A DNA stretch of 26,936 nt from Candidatus Thorarchaeota archaeon. GTDB taxonomy: Archaea > Asgardarchaeota > Thorarchaeia > Thorarchaeales > Thorarchaeaceae. Positions 8,182 through 17,637 of the stretch are shown piece by piece. The translations under genes were made by a program, and so were the position numbers. Numbering within the stretch: position 1 is the stretch's first letter; each line of letters opens with the position of its first letter. The notes beneath the pieces were generated by a model, which did no database searches, was not told where the DNA came from, and worked only from the letters and a program-made list of their open reading frames with translations. The stretch lies in NCBI GenBank assembly GCA_048882325.1, contig JBHLRS010000037.1, forward strand, positions 3,127 to 30,062. Direction: 5' to 3'.

Positions 8182-10998
8182 TCACTCAATAACAATGGCA
8201 GGTTTTCCAGGCAGTGCAATAGCTGCTTTTTGATGCGAACTGGATTCCTCAGGTTGTATGCTGATATCAACCCCAAATCTCTGATTGAGAAGGACCTTTA
8301 CGTTCTGCAGGAACTCAAGTTCCTGTTTGGCGGAAGTGAATAGCAGGTCAAATTTCAAGGGGTCTTTCTCTATCTTCTTGATTAACTTCTGGACATCTTT
8401 GCCGTGTGGTCGGATGGACTCATCAGCCATAAGCTTAGGAATAATCTTGTGAGGCTGTGTATTCTCTTTGATTGCCTCAATGCTTTTTTGAACCACGGAT
8501 GTTTTCCAGTTGTCAGCAATGATAAGGTGTATCCGCTCGATTGTGTTCTCACTTGGCTCTCGAGTAATGACTTTGATTATGTTCCGTATGTCTTCTACGA
8601 CTTGGTCAAAGTAGGTCCACTGTTTTACAATATCGTCCTGTATGTAGCCCTCATCAAATTCGGGCCAACTCTCGGAAGAGATGAAATGCACACCATCTTG
8701 ATTTTGACCAATTATTTCCCACAGCTCCTCTGTGAAATGAGGTACAAATGGTGACAAAAGAAGCATGATTGTCTTCTTACATAATTCAAATATCTCTTGA
8801 TTGACTCCGATTTCCTCGTTCTCATAGTAGCTCTGTGCTGTATCAATCAGCCATATGATTCCGTTGACAGCGTCTCTGATTGCCAGCTCTTCAATTTGGT
8901 TAGTTGTTTTTCTGATTACACTATGAATGGCATACTGTATCCGCGTGTCAACGATGTGTGTTTCGGTTCTTGTCTTCTTTGGTGATGCTGTAAGTAGGTT
9001 CCAGGTCTTTTGTAAAATGCGATATGCACGTTCAACACCTTGGTCAGACCATTCCAGTTCCTTCTCGGGATTTGCCACTGATAGAATGAACATACGTGCT
9101 GTATCAGCCCCATATTTCTCAATGATGGATTCGGGACTTACTGTATTCCCTAGCGATTTTGACATCTTAGCACTTCTCATTTCATAGTGATTTCCACAGT
9201 TTTTGCACGTCTTCGTTTTGAGGTCATAACTACCAACAGGAAGGAATTGGTTACAGGTCTCACAGAACGGACTTGCCTTGTTTACCATACCCTGAGTAAG
9301 TAAATTCAGAAAAGGTTCGTTGATGTCATGGAGACCGATGTCCCTTGTGAACTTCGTCCAGAATCTCGCATACAAAAGATGGAGTATAGCATGCTCAACT
9401 CCTCCGATATACTGGTCGACAGGACCCCAGTACATGACTGGCTCTTTCCTATAGGGCAGTTCCTCTGATTGTGGGTCACAATATCTGAAGAAATACCAGG
9501 AGGAATCAACGAAAGTGTCCATTGTATCGGTCTCGCGCTTTGCAGGCCCACCACATTTAGGACACGTTGTGTTCACGAACGAGCTAGAGGTCGCAAGAGG
9601 GTTTCCGTGACCGGAGAAAGTTACATCTGTTGGGAGTCTTACAGGGAGGTCTTCAAACGGAACTGGAACAATACCACAACTCTCACAATACAGAATCGGA
9701 ATTGGTGTCCCCCAATATCTTTGCCGTGAGATCAACCAATCACGAAGTTTGTAATTGACTGTCGCGTTCCCAGCTCCCATCTTCTCAAGGTGCTTTGTGA
9801 TTTCTGTCATACCTTTCCTGCTCTCAAGACCATTGAAGGATTCAGAGTTCACCATACTACCTTCACCCTCATAAGCCTCCGAGATCATGTTTGGATGTAA
9901 CTCGGATCCTTCCGGTTGGATGACTATCTCGATTGGGATACCGAACTCTTTCGCAAATTCAAAATCACGTTGGTCATGAGCTGGTACCGCCATCACGGCA
10001 CCTGCTCCGTATTCATAAACGACAAAATTACCGATGTAGACTGGAACCGCCCTCCCATTTATCGGGTTGATTGCATATTTGTCAATGAACATACCGCGCT
10101 TCTCAGTATCAGTCGCAGTACGCTTGAAGCGGTCCTCCTCGAGGACTTCCTTGAGAAACTTCCGAAAGGGCTTCTCTGACTCAGTTCCAATTACCCACTT
10201 TTCAACAAGTGGATGTTCAGGAGCAAATACGAAGAATGTGACGCCATAAAGTGTATCGGGACGGGTCGTGAATATCGGGATGACCTCGCCAGTGTCCTTA
10301 ATCTGAAAATTGATGGTGGTCCCCTCACTTCGCCCAATCCAGTTCCTCTGCATATTTTTTACATTATCAGACCACTCAAGACCATCCATTTGCTCAAGTA
10401 GTTCATCAGCATATTCTCGAATCTTGAGATACCATTGCTGAAGGAATTTCTGTTCTACGATTGAGTTGCATCTCCAGCACTTCCCACTAACAACCTGCTC
10501 ATTTGCAAGAACCGTAGTGCATTTGGGGCACCAGTTCACGTATGACTCTTCTTTGTATGCCAGACCTTTCTCAAACATCTTCAGAAAGATCCATTGATTC
10601 CAAATATAGTAATCAACATCAATACTCTGAATCTGGCGAGACCAATCATATGATAATCCTAGACTCTTTTGCTGAATCTTAATGGCATTGATATTTTCCC
10701 ATGTCCACTTCTCAGGATGAATACCATGTGCAATGGCGGCATTCTCCGCAGGAAGGCCAAATGCATCATACCCCATTGGATAGAGAACATTGAGCCCACG
10801 CATGCGTTTGAAACGTGCAAATGCGTCTCCGATTGAATAATTGCGTAAATGCCCCATATGAATTGAGGAACTTGGGTAAGGGTACATTTCCAAACAATAG
10901 TACTTTGGCTTGTCAGGATCCTCCTTGACCTCAAAGACTCTGGAATCGTCCCACTTCTTTTGCCATTTGGTTTCGATCTTTTGTGGTTGGTACTTCAT
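8182..10998 (-). CDS. leuS: Leucine--tRNA ligase (bacterial-type core, archaeal-type C-terminal domain)
   Basis: HMGH and KMSKS class I motifs; CP1 editing motifs FTTRPDT and [13 protein letters not shown]; [15 protein letters not shown]; ends [11 protein letters not shown]. Confidence 0.98.
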   Translation of the reverse strand: MKYQPQKIETKWQKKWDDSRVFEVKEDPDKPKYYCLEMYPYPSSSIHMGHLRNYSIGDAFARFKRMRGLNVLYPMGYDAFGLPAENAAIAHGIHPEKWTWENINAIKIQQKSLGLSYDWSRQIQSIDVDYYIWNQWIFLKMFEKGLAYKEESYVNWCPKCTTVLANEQVVSGKCWRCNSIVEQKFLQQWYLKIREYADELLEQMDGLEWSDNVKNMQRNWIGRSEGTTINFQIKDTGEVIPIFTTRPDTLYGVTFFVFAPEHPLVEKWVIGTESEKPFRKFLKEVLEEDRFKRTATDTEKRGMFIDKYAINPINGRAVPVYIGNFVVYEYGAGAVMAVPAHDQRDFEFAKEFGIPIEIVIQPEGSELHPNMISEAYEGEGSMVNSESFNGLESRKGMTEITKHLEKMGAGNATVNYKLRDWLISRQRYWGTPIPILYCESCGIVPVPFEDLPVRLPTDVTFSGHGNPLATSSSFVNTTCPKCGGPAKRETDTMDTFVDSSWYFFRYCDPQSEELPYRKEPVMYWGPVDQYIGGVEHAILHLLYARFWTKFTRDIGLHDINEPFLNLLTQGMVNKASPFCETCNQFLPVGSYDLKTKTCKNCGNHYEMRSAKMSKSLGNTVSPESIIEKYGADTARMFILSVANPEKELEWSDQGVERAYRILQKTWNLLTASPKKTRTETHIVDTRIQYAIHSVIRKTTNQIEELAIRDAVNGIIWLIDTAQSYYENEEIGVNQEIFELCKKTIMLLLSPFVPHFTEELWEIIGQNQDGVHFISSESWPEFDEGYIQDDIVKQWTYFDQVVEDIRNIIKVITREPSENTIERIHLIIADNWKTSVVQKSIEAIKENTQPHKIIPKLMADESIRPHGKDVQKLIKKIEKDPLKFDLLFTSAKQELEFLQNVKVLLNQRFGVDISIQPEESSSHQKAAIALPGKPAIVIE

Positions 10999-11062
10999 TT
11001 CAAATCGACCTGAGGCTGCTGGAATTTAAGGCCTTCTGTAAGTTCTTTTCATTTCAGGAACT

Positions 11063-11869
11063 TCAAAATCCAAGGAGTGATTCTCTTTTAGCAACTGAAT
11101 CAAGCATACCACCGCCGTCCACATTGATGACTTCACCAACGATGTAACTAGCTGCGGATGATGACAAGAAAACAACTGTTTCTGCAATATCCTCAGGTTC
11201 TCCTACTCGCTTCAGAGGGACCTCAACTTCAATATACCGTTTGACCTTTTCCAAAGTCCAACCTGTTGCCTGCTTTGCCATCTCCTCAGGCTTCCAAGTC
11301 TTGATTAGGCCAGGAGTGATACAGTTCACATTAATCCCAAAAGGAGCCAAATCTGCAGCAAGACCCTTTGTCAATCCAATGATGCCAGCCTTGCTGGCTG
11401 GATACTGAACACCCGATGATAAACTACCGTTGACCCCAGCACCACTTGATATGTTTACAATCTTCCCAGACTTTTGTGGAATCATCTTCTTGGCCACAGC
11501 TCTTGCGAAGTTGAAATAGCCAGTCAGGTTCACAGCCATGACCTGATCCCATGTTTTTTGAGAAATTTCAGTTACTAGAGAATAACCTCCAGAGATATAG
11601 GCATTGTTCACAAGAACATCAATACGTCCGAACTTCTTGAAGACATCTTCAACCATAGCGTCCACAGCTTTGACATCAGAAACGTCTGCGGTGTAAGCAA
11701 CTGCATCGAATCCCTTGGCCTGAATTTCATTCGCGACCTTCTTGGCACCGTCGCCATTGATGTCCACAATCACTGCTGTTGCACCCCTCTTTGCAAAAGC
11801 CCAAGCTGTCGCCTCTCCAATTCCTCGTGCAGCACCTGTGATAATGACCACTTGATCTTTGAATTCCAT
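11063..11869 (-). CDS. SDR family oxidoreductase (FabG-like)
   Basis: TGAARGIG, NNA, catalytic S...YPASK; ATG at 11869 preceded by GGTGAGG. Confidence 0.93.
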   Translation of the reverse strand: MEFKDQVVIITGAARGIGEATAWAFAKRGATAVIVDINGDGAKKVANEIQAKGFDAVAYTADVSDVKAVDAMVEDVFKKFGRIDVLVNNAYISGGYSLVTEISQKTWDQVMAVNLTGYFNFARAVAKKMIPQKSGKIVNISSGAGVNGSLSSGVQYPASKAGIIGLTKGLAADLAPFGINVNCITPGLIKTWKPEEMAKQATGWTLEKVKRYIEVEVPLKRVGEPEDIAETVVFLSSSAASYIVGEVINVDGGGMLDSVAKRESLLGF

Positions 11870-11973
11870 ATTCCTCACCGTATAGTCTTAGTTCAAGAAG
11901 TAAGGTCACAATCGGCTATTAGAAAATAACGACAGGAGTAAAATCACGTTGAGGCGAAACTTCAAGATGTGGA

Positions 11974-13173
11974 TTGCGTGTCACATTCTTGTTGATAACA
12001 GTGCTGAAAGACAAGACTGTTACCTTTATTGAAGGAATGCGCAAGCAGCTGATTGACATCAGTGATGAGATACATAGAAACCCGGAACTAGCGTTCGAGG
12101 AAGTAATTGCCGCAAACCTCCTCGTAAACGAACTCAAGAAGGCTGAATTTGAGGTGGAACAGGGGGTTGCAGGGATGGAAACCGCAATTGTCGCGACTCA
12201 TCCTGAGAAATCAAAGGGCCCTACAATTGCGATCCTTGGAGAGTATGATGCGCTGCCTGAGATTGGACACGCATGCGGTCACAACCTCATCGCGACTGCC
12301 GCACTCGGAGCAGCCCTCGCTCTCGGTTCGATTAAGAAGGACCTACCCGGCAAGCTTGTCTTCATGGGCACACCTGCGGAGGAGGACATTGGCGGCAAGA
12401 TCGCTATGGTTGAGGCGGGATTGTTCAAGGATGTTGATGCTGCAATGATGTTCCACCCATCTGCAGGATATACGTTGGTGGGTCGAAGAGGTCTTGCCAT
12501 GACTGAAGTTAAGATCAAGTTTCATGGTAAATCAGCTCATGCCGCAGCCAGTCCTGAGAAGGGCATCAATGCACTTGATGCGATCATCCAGACATTCAAC
12601 GGAATCAACGCACTGCGACAACATATCAAGATGACATCAAGAATACACGGCATCATCAGTCATGGAGGAGTCAAGCCAAATATAGTGCCTGAGTTTGCTT
12701 CCGCAGAGTTCTATGTTAGAGCAGAAGAGAGTGGATACTGCAAGGAGCTAGTGAAGAAGGTCGAGAACTGTGCCAAGGGGGCAGCAAGTGCGACTGGAGC
12801 CACTTTAGAGTTCGAGGTTGTTTTACCATTTTATGAATCGAGGATCATGAACAAGGAGATGGGAGCCGCGTTTGTAAAAAACCTTGAGATTCTTGGAGAG
12901 CCAATCATTCCTCTACCACCAGGTAGCGGGGCTGGCTCGAGTGACATTGGTAATGTGAGTCAGGTTGTCCCCGCGATTCATCCCTACATTTCAATCTGTG
13001 ACAAGAGCATCGCTGGACACTCTAAGGAATTTGCAAAAGCCGCAGCGTCGAAGAAGGGACAAGAAGCAATGCTTAACGCAGGAAAGGCTTTGGCGATGAC
13101 CGCGATTGACTTATTCACAGACCCAGAATTGATGAAACGTGTGACTGAGGAGTTCAGGAACCGTGCTTCCTAA
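11974..13173 (+). CDS. M20 family metallopeptidase/amidohydrolase
   Basis: IHRNPELAFEE, EYDAL, HACGHN, GTPAEE, GKSAHAA, GSSDIGNVS; exact start uncertain. Confidence 0.93.
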   Translation: MRVTFLLITVLKDKTVTFIEGMRKQLIDISDEIHRNPELAFEEVIAANLLVNELKKAEFEVEQGVAGMETAIVATHPEKSKGPTIAILGEYDALPEIGHACGHNLIATAALGAALALGSIKKDLPGKLVFMGTPAEEDIGGKIAMVEAGLFKDVDAAMMFHPSAGYTLVGRRGLAMTEVKIKFHGKSAHAAASPEKGINALDAIIQTFNGINALRQHIKMTSRIHGIISHGGVKPNIVPEFASAEFYVRAEESGYCKELVKKVENCAKGAASATGATLEFEVVLPFYESRIMNKEMGAAFVKNLEILGEPIIPLPPGSGAGSSDIGNVSQVVPAIHPYISICDKSIAGHSKEFAKAAASKKGQEAMLNAGKALAMTAIDLFTDPELMKRVTEEFRNRAS

Positions 13174-13897
13174 TGAAGACAATCACCCAAATCACAATAG
13201 CAACGCCAGCAACCAGACCTCCAATGAAAAGAAAATTCATTGGCGGAGATGGTTGAGCCCTCTCAAGCAGTAAATCAAAAGCGAGTTCAGTGGATACAAA
13301 CCTTTCAGTAATCCCATTTGTGATGTTGAGGACGAGTAGCGACCCATCAGTTTTTGACCAAATTCGAGTATCAGTCATATTGATTTCAGGAACTCCGTAT
13401 ATGTAGCCCCATCTCTCTTCATCTTCGATGAGTGTGTAACTGTGATTGTAGGGATCCATCACATCTAGGTGAGCCAAATACAGCTCCTCATTGGCACCAG
13501 TCCAGTTTCCAACTGGCATTGCAGCACAATTTGGGAAATGTGAGCCAAGTACTAGTGGATCTTCTGAAAAATGAACATCAGACCCATTTGGAAACGTCAG
13601 AGTGTTTCTGCACGTTGATTGATAGTCAGTGGGAATCCATCCGTAGTATGCTAGCGATAGGTTCCCTAGTGATGTTATTTCCATTTGCAGGATCTCATCA
13701 AACTCATACTCTCTAGCATCATGACCCAATGAGCGGTCGCACAGCAGATATTGTGTTCTGAACTTGAGAATGTCCCCCACCTCAACAGCCCAATAGGCGC
13801 CACTTTCAAATTCCGCGGATATAGATTCCGCTGAGGTGGGAAGAATTATCAACGCCAGTGTCAGGACTATTCCAACTTTTTTCCAATTCAATTGCAT
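13154..13897 (-). CDS. Secreted, C-terminally anchored hypothetical surface protein
   Basis: Signal peptide, several sequons, C-terminal TM then RKHGS; ATG overlaps the upstream stop (TGATG), suggesting translational coupling. Confidence 0.8.
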   Translation of the reverse strand: MQLNWKKVGIVLTLALIILPTSAESISAEFESGAYWAVEVGDILKFRTQYLLCDRSLGHDAREYEFDEILQMEITSLGNLSLAYYGWIPTDYQSTCRNTLTFPNGSDVHFSEDPLVLGSHFPNCAAMPVGNWTGANEELYLAHLDVMDPYNHSYTLIEDEERWGYIYGVPEINMTDTRIWSKTDGSLLVLNITNGITERFVSTELAFDLLLERAQPSPPMNFLFIGGLVAGVAIVIWVIVFIRKHGS

Positions 13898-15519
13898 CAC
13901 CATTCATATGGTACAGAAGTGCTTCCTGGTGAGCCACCTTTCTTTGTCAGAATGATGATGATGACGATGATTATCACACCCATACCTCCACCACCCACAA
14001 ACACCATCATAAACCAGTTACCATTAGGAAGCGTGACATTTGAAGGGGTGGTTGATGAAGAACTTGAGGTATCGGTATATGTGTCCGTAGGTGAAGTTGT
14101 TGTATAAGTTGTCCCCGTACCTGTAGATGTTGTTTCACTGGTGGTGGTTGTGGTGGTGGTGGTAGTCGTAGTCGGTTCTGGTTCAGGTGTAGGAGGTTGT
14201 CCATTCCCAAGGTATACGTTGTCAATGTAAAAGTCACCTGGGTCTCCATTTGATGAGTGACAGAGTAGTCGAACATCGTAGATCTCAATCTGTGATGGGT
14301 CACTAGGTACTCCCCAGAAGGCGACATAATCAGCATAGACTGACCTATTCAGGATGTTCCAAGAGTTAGGTGTCCAGTCAAAAAGTAGGTAACGAACATA
14401 TGTGCTGTTTGAGTTGAGGTCGTTGCCTGGGAATGTGTAGCCAGACCATTCATACGCTATGTGGCTAAACTGACCTGTACCTGTGTTATGGAATAAGATG
14501 CCTATTTGAGAGACCCCTGCTTGACCACAGGTGTTTCCAACTTTGGTAGGATAGATAACCGCTGAGAGAGTGAGAGCCTCGGATAGTGTCGCATTTACAG
14601 ATAACCTCTGAGTGACAGGTTCATAGGGCGATGAGCTGTAGTGAGAATCAAGATAAAGAGAGTAACTCCCATTATAGACTGTCGACCCTACAATCTGGTT
14701 ATATTCAGTTCCGCCCTGATTGACCCACGGCGAGAATGAACCAGTTTCAAACCCTGAATTCTCGATGTAGTTATAGTCTGTTGAAACGGGCACTTCCTCT
14801 GGAGCACCAATCGTAATGTCATCAATCCAGAAATCGCCAGGATCACCATTGGATATGTGAGATAGTAAGGTGATACGATTCACCACAAGTTCAGTATTGT
14901 TTTCAGGAGTCCCATAGAATGCACAATAATCATCATACAGATTCCTTTCAACAAAGTTCCAATCATTGGGTGTCAAATCAAAGAGAAGATAGAGGACCTT
15001 TGTCACATTGACATCCATGTCACCACCCGGATATGTATAACCAGACCACTCATAGAAGACATTCCTGTGAGTGTCTGACGTACGATTATACACTCCAAAC
15101 CAAACCTGATCAGCCCCTGCTTGACCTGCGGTGTTTCCAACTTTGGTTGGGTAGACTGCAAAACTGAAGTTTTGTGCCTCAAAAAGGGGAATGTCAGTAT
15201 TGATCTCCTGATACACAGTTTCGTATGGTGCGCTACTCAAGTGGCTGTCCATGTAGAGCGCATAAGTGCCAGAATAGACTGTACTGGTCTGAATCTGGTT
15301 ATATGATGTGCCTCCGTAGTTAGTCCATGATGTGAAGTCACCGGTTTCAAACCCACCATTATCGATGAGGTTTACTGAGCCTAAAATGATACCTTGTTGG
15401 GGTTGCGTAAAAGGTCTATTTGCAAAATCTGTCACCTGATAGAGAGTGATTGGACTCATCCACATCACTGATGCGACGATCAACCCAATAATTGCTAATG
15501 GAATGTTCTTCTTCTTCAT
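13897..15519 (-). CDS. Surface glycoprotein: two CBM4/9-like (galactose-binding fold) domains, Thr-rich stalk, TM, YEW tail
   Basis: Two NxGFETG...W...IDD/IDN repeats, PEPEP-T11 linker, TM, TKKGGSPGSTSVPYEW; start MKKKN at 15519. Confidence 0.85.
   Translation of the reverse strand: MKKKNIPLAIIGLIVASVMWMSPITLYQVTDFANRPFTQPQQGIILGSVNLIDNGGFETGDFTSWTNYGGTSYNQIQTSTVYSGTYALYMDSHLSSAPYETVYQEINTDIPLFEAQNFSFAVYPTKVGNTAGQAGADQVWFGVYNRTSDTHRNVFYEWSGYTYPGGDMDVNVTKVLYLLFDLTPNDWNFVERNLYDDYCAFYGTPENNTELVVNRITLLSHISNGDPGDFWIDDITIGAPEEVPVSTDYNYIENSGFETGSFSPWVNQGGTEYNQIVGSTVYNGSYSLYLDSHYSSSPYEPVTQRLSVNATLSEALTLSAVIYPTKVGNTCGQAGVSQIGILFHNTGTGQFSHIAYEWSGYTFPGNDLNSNSTYVRYLLFDWTPNSWNILNRSVYADYVAFWGVPSDPSQIEIYDVRLLCHSSNGDPGDFYIDNVYLGNGQPPTPEPEPTTTTTTTTTTTSETTSTGTGTTYTTTSPTDTYTDTSSSSSTTPSNVTLPNGNWFMMVFVGGGGMGVIIIVIIIILTKKGGSPGSTSVPYEW
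14140..14172 (-). repeat. Poly-Thr (11 codons), ACN/ACC low-complexity tract
   Basis: GGT-rich run on the plus strand encoding the mucin-like stalk. Confidence 0.85.
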
Positions 15520-16322
15520 TTTCACGTTCTCAAACCTCACCATTGATATTCTGAAGGTGGAGCTGCAGAGGAAGATCCTTTCCTTGTCAAGAAAATGACG
15601 ATTACCACGATGATTATTACACCACCACTCCCACCTGCTATTAGAAGGGTTATGAGAGAATTAGAATCTCCGGGTGGAGTTTCTGGAGGTGGTGTCTGTG
15701 TTTCATCTGTTGTAGTGGTCGTTGTTTCGTTTGTGGTTACAGCTTCATCAGTGTAACTAATTTTGACATCATCAATCCAACAATCTCCTGGATCTCCATT
15801 GGATATGTGTGATAGCACACTGATTTGAGTGACCACCAAGTCTGAGGCGTCTGCAGGTGTTCCATAGAATGCTATGTAGTCATTGAGGAGGTCTCTCTCA
15901 ACGAGATTCCACTGATTGGGAACCAAATCAAATAGTAGATACATGACCGTTGTGACGTTGACGTTCAAATCGCCTCCAGGATACGTGTAGCCTGACCACA
16001 GATAGAGTATCAGCTTTGTAGTTTCAGCCACGGTGTCAGTTATGAATACAGTGAATTGATCCACACCAGCCCGTCCAGCTGTGTTCCCCACTTTTGTTGG
16101 GTAAACAGCTGCAGAAAAGTAGCGAGATTGATCAATCCCAACAGTTGTGCTAATTAGTTGATCTACTGGCTCGTATGGTACACTACTCACATGTGAGTCC
16201 ATATACAATGCATGACTTCCTGCGTAAACCCTGTCGCTCACAATCTCATTATAGGATGTACCACCTTCATTGACCCAAGGACTAAATTCGCCAGTTTCAA
16301 AACCAGCGTTACTGATGATATT
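14206..16322 (-). repeat. Three 567-bp domain-coding repeats (14206-14772, 14806-15372, 15756-16322)
   Basis: Colinear, ungapped 189-aa units sharing YPTKVGNT, WSGYT, YLLFD, SNGDPGD. Confidence 0.9.
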
Positions 16323-16454
16323 GGTCTCTGCTGCTGTTTCATATTGAGTTGGAGTGTCAATAACGGTTGCATAATGGCTTGATGAACACAAAAACATCAT
16401 AGAGAAGGCAATAACAGAAACTAGACTTATTGTGGCAAACTTCCCAAATGACAT
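15537..16454 (-). CDS. Surface glycoprotein paralogue: one CBM4/9-like domain, Thr/Pro stalk, TM, YQW tail
   Basis: Signal peptide, NAGFETG domain, TTTTTT/PPP linker, TM, TRKGSSSAAPPSEYQW. Confidence 0.85.
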   Translation of the reverse strand: MSFGKFATISLVSVIAFSMMFLCSSSHYATVIDTPTQYETAAETNIISNAGFETGEFSPWVNEGGTSYNEIVSDRVYAGSHALYMDSHVSSVPYEPVDQLISTTVGIDQSRYFSAAVYPTKVGNTAGRAGVDQFTVFITDTVAETTKLILYLWSGYTYPGGDLNVNVTTVMYLLFDLVPNQWNLVERDLLNDYIAFYGTPADASDLVVTQISVLSHISNGDPGDCWIDDVKISYTDEAVTTNETTTTTTDETQTPPPETPPGDSNSLITLLIAGGSGGVIIIVVIVIFLTRKGSSSAAPPSEYQW

Positions 16455-16485
16455 GCTCTCTTACCCGACCTATCCTGATGAGGTC

Positions 16486-16501
16486 AATGCTAAAAAGCAT
16501 T
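16486..16501. promoter_or_regulatory. Palindrome AATGCT-AAAA-AGCATT in a divergent promoter region
   Basis: Perfect 6-bp inverted repeat between divergent genes; AATGCTTWT also occurs upstream of other genes. Confidence 0.4.
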
Positions 16502-16561
16502 CCTTTTTTTGATTGAAGGACATATTATCAGGTCAGCATTACAAACGGATGATTATCCAGA

Positions 16562-17323
16562 ATGAGTATCCTTGGTGACTTCTTCGACAGACGAAAGTTA
16601 GTAGGACTACTTGTAGTAATTGTGGTCATCCTCGGATTCTTTGGTTTCGTAGGATACATTCATGACATTCCTACGACATATCATTACGAAACATGGCTCC
16701 CTAATTCAGACAAACGGGATACTCGCATTACAATCACAGGACTAACGGATGCCAACATCACGGTGTCCTATGTTGATGAGCCAGGTCTCTGGTATCGAAT
16801 GGACATCACACATTATGACTCAACAAAACGGCATGCAGTTGAAAATGTGACTGATCCTTCTTTCTTTCCACTGAGAGTTCATGTGACAAGTGTCACTCCA
16901 GTTAAGAGGTTAGACCTGTTTCTGGGGACTGATGTGGCACATAGTCTTTACATCTCAGGAACTAACCTGAACACCAAGATCATTCTGGATAATGGAGCAA
17001 AGCTCTCAGGAAGCAGGTGTAGATTCTATGGTACCGGAACCTTTCAGTTCTTCATGACCGATGATGTAAACTTCACTGAGGGAGGCATGGATGTCAAGGT
17101 TGGTGACTTCTTTACCGACTCACCATCAACTGAACTTGTCATTGTTGATGTCAATTTACCTGCTGGATTGAATGGGCGGCTTTCATCACCCAATGTATCA
17201 TTCGTGCAGAACGAATGGCCTGTCAAGTATGGACAGGAGTGGGGCACCATCTTGATAGACGAGCCCCTCCTGGACATTGAGATCTACTCTTCATTGAAAG
17301 TGTGGGCTAATCTTCTGATGTAA
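16562..17323 (+). CDS. Hypothetical N-terminally anchored beta-rich membrane protein
   Basis: RRK then TM helix, followed by a beta-strand-rich region with sequons (NIT, NVT, NFT, NVS). Confidence 0.75.
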   Translation: MSILGDFFDRRKLVGLLVVIVVILGFFGFVGYIHDIPTTYHYETWLPNSDKRDTRITITGLTDANITVSYVDEPGLWYRMDITHYDSTKRHAVENVTDPSFFPLRVHVTSVTPVKRLDLFLGTDVAHSLYISGTNLNTKIILDNGAKLSGSRCRFYGTGTFQFFMTDDVNFTEGGMDVKVGDFFTDSPSTELVIVDVNLPAGLNGRLSSPNVSFVQNEWPVKYGQEWGTILIDEPLLDIEIYSSLKVWANLLM

Positions 17324-17326
17324 GGA

Positions 17327-17524
17327 TTACCGTTTCAACATTCCAATGACAGCCTCTTTACTGACGCTCACCCCGCGGCCTTTGGCAACCTCTTGAAGAG
17401 GATAGACCATCCCACAGCCTTCACATTTCATTGCAGAGTGGATAACTACTCCACCAGCAACGTGGAGTTCATGAATGACCATTTTCCAGTCTTCGCCTCC
17501 ACACGATTCACAAGAAATCTTCAT
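17327..17524 (-). CDS. Small zinc-ribbon protein
   Basis: CESCG...CEGCG in 65 aa; fills the intergenic gap. Confidence 0.75.
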   Translation of the reverse strand: MKISCESCGGEDWKMVIHELHVAGGVVIHSAMKCEGCGMVYPLQEVAKGRGVSVSKEAVIGMLKR

Positions 17525-17637
17525 GCTATGGGCTTGGGGTGGAGAGAGATAAACTCTGCGAAGAAGAAATCGACTACACCTTCGACCATCAATGCTTATT
17601 ACAATCCGAATAGTGTAGCCTCCTTTGTGGTGCGGAA

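Noticed and set aside
8404-10934. Many short ORFs overlapping leuS, and similar shadow ORFs elsewhere
   Set aside because: Antisense or alternate-frame ORFs inside well-supported genes, with no motifs
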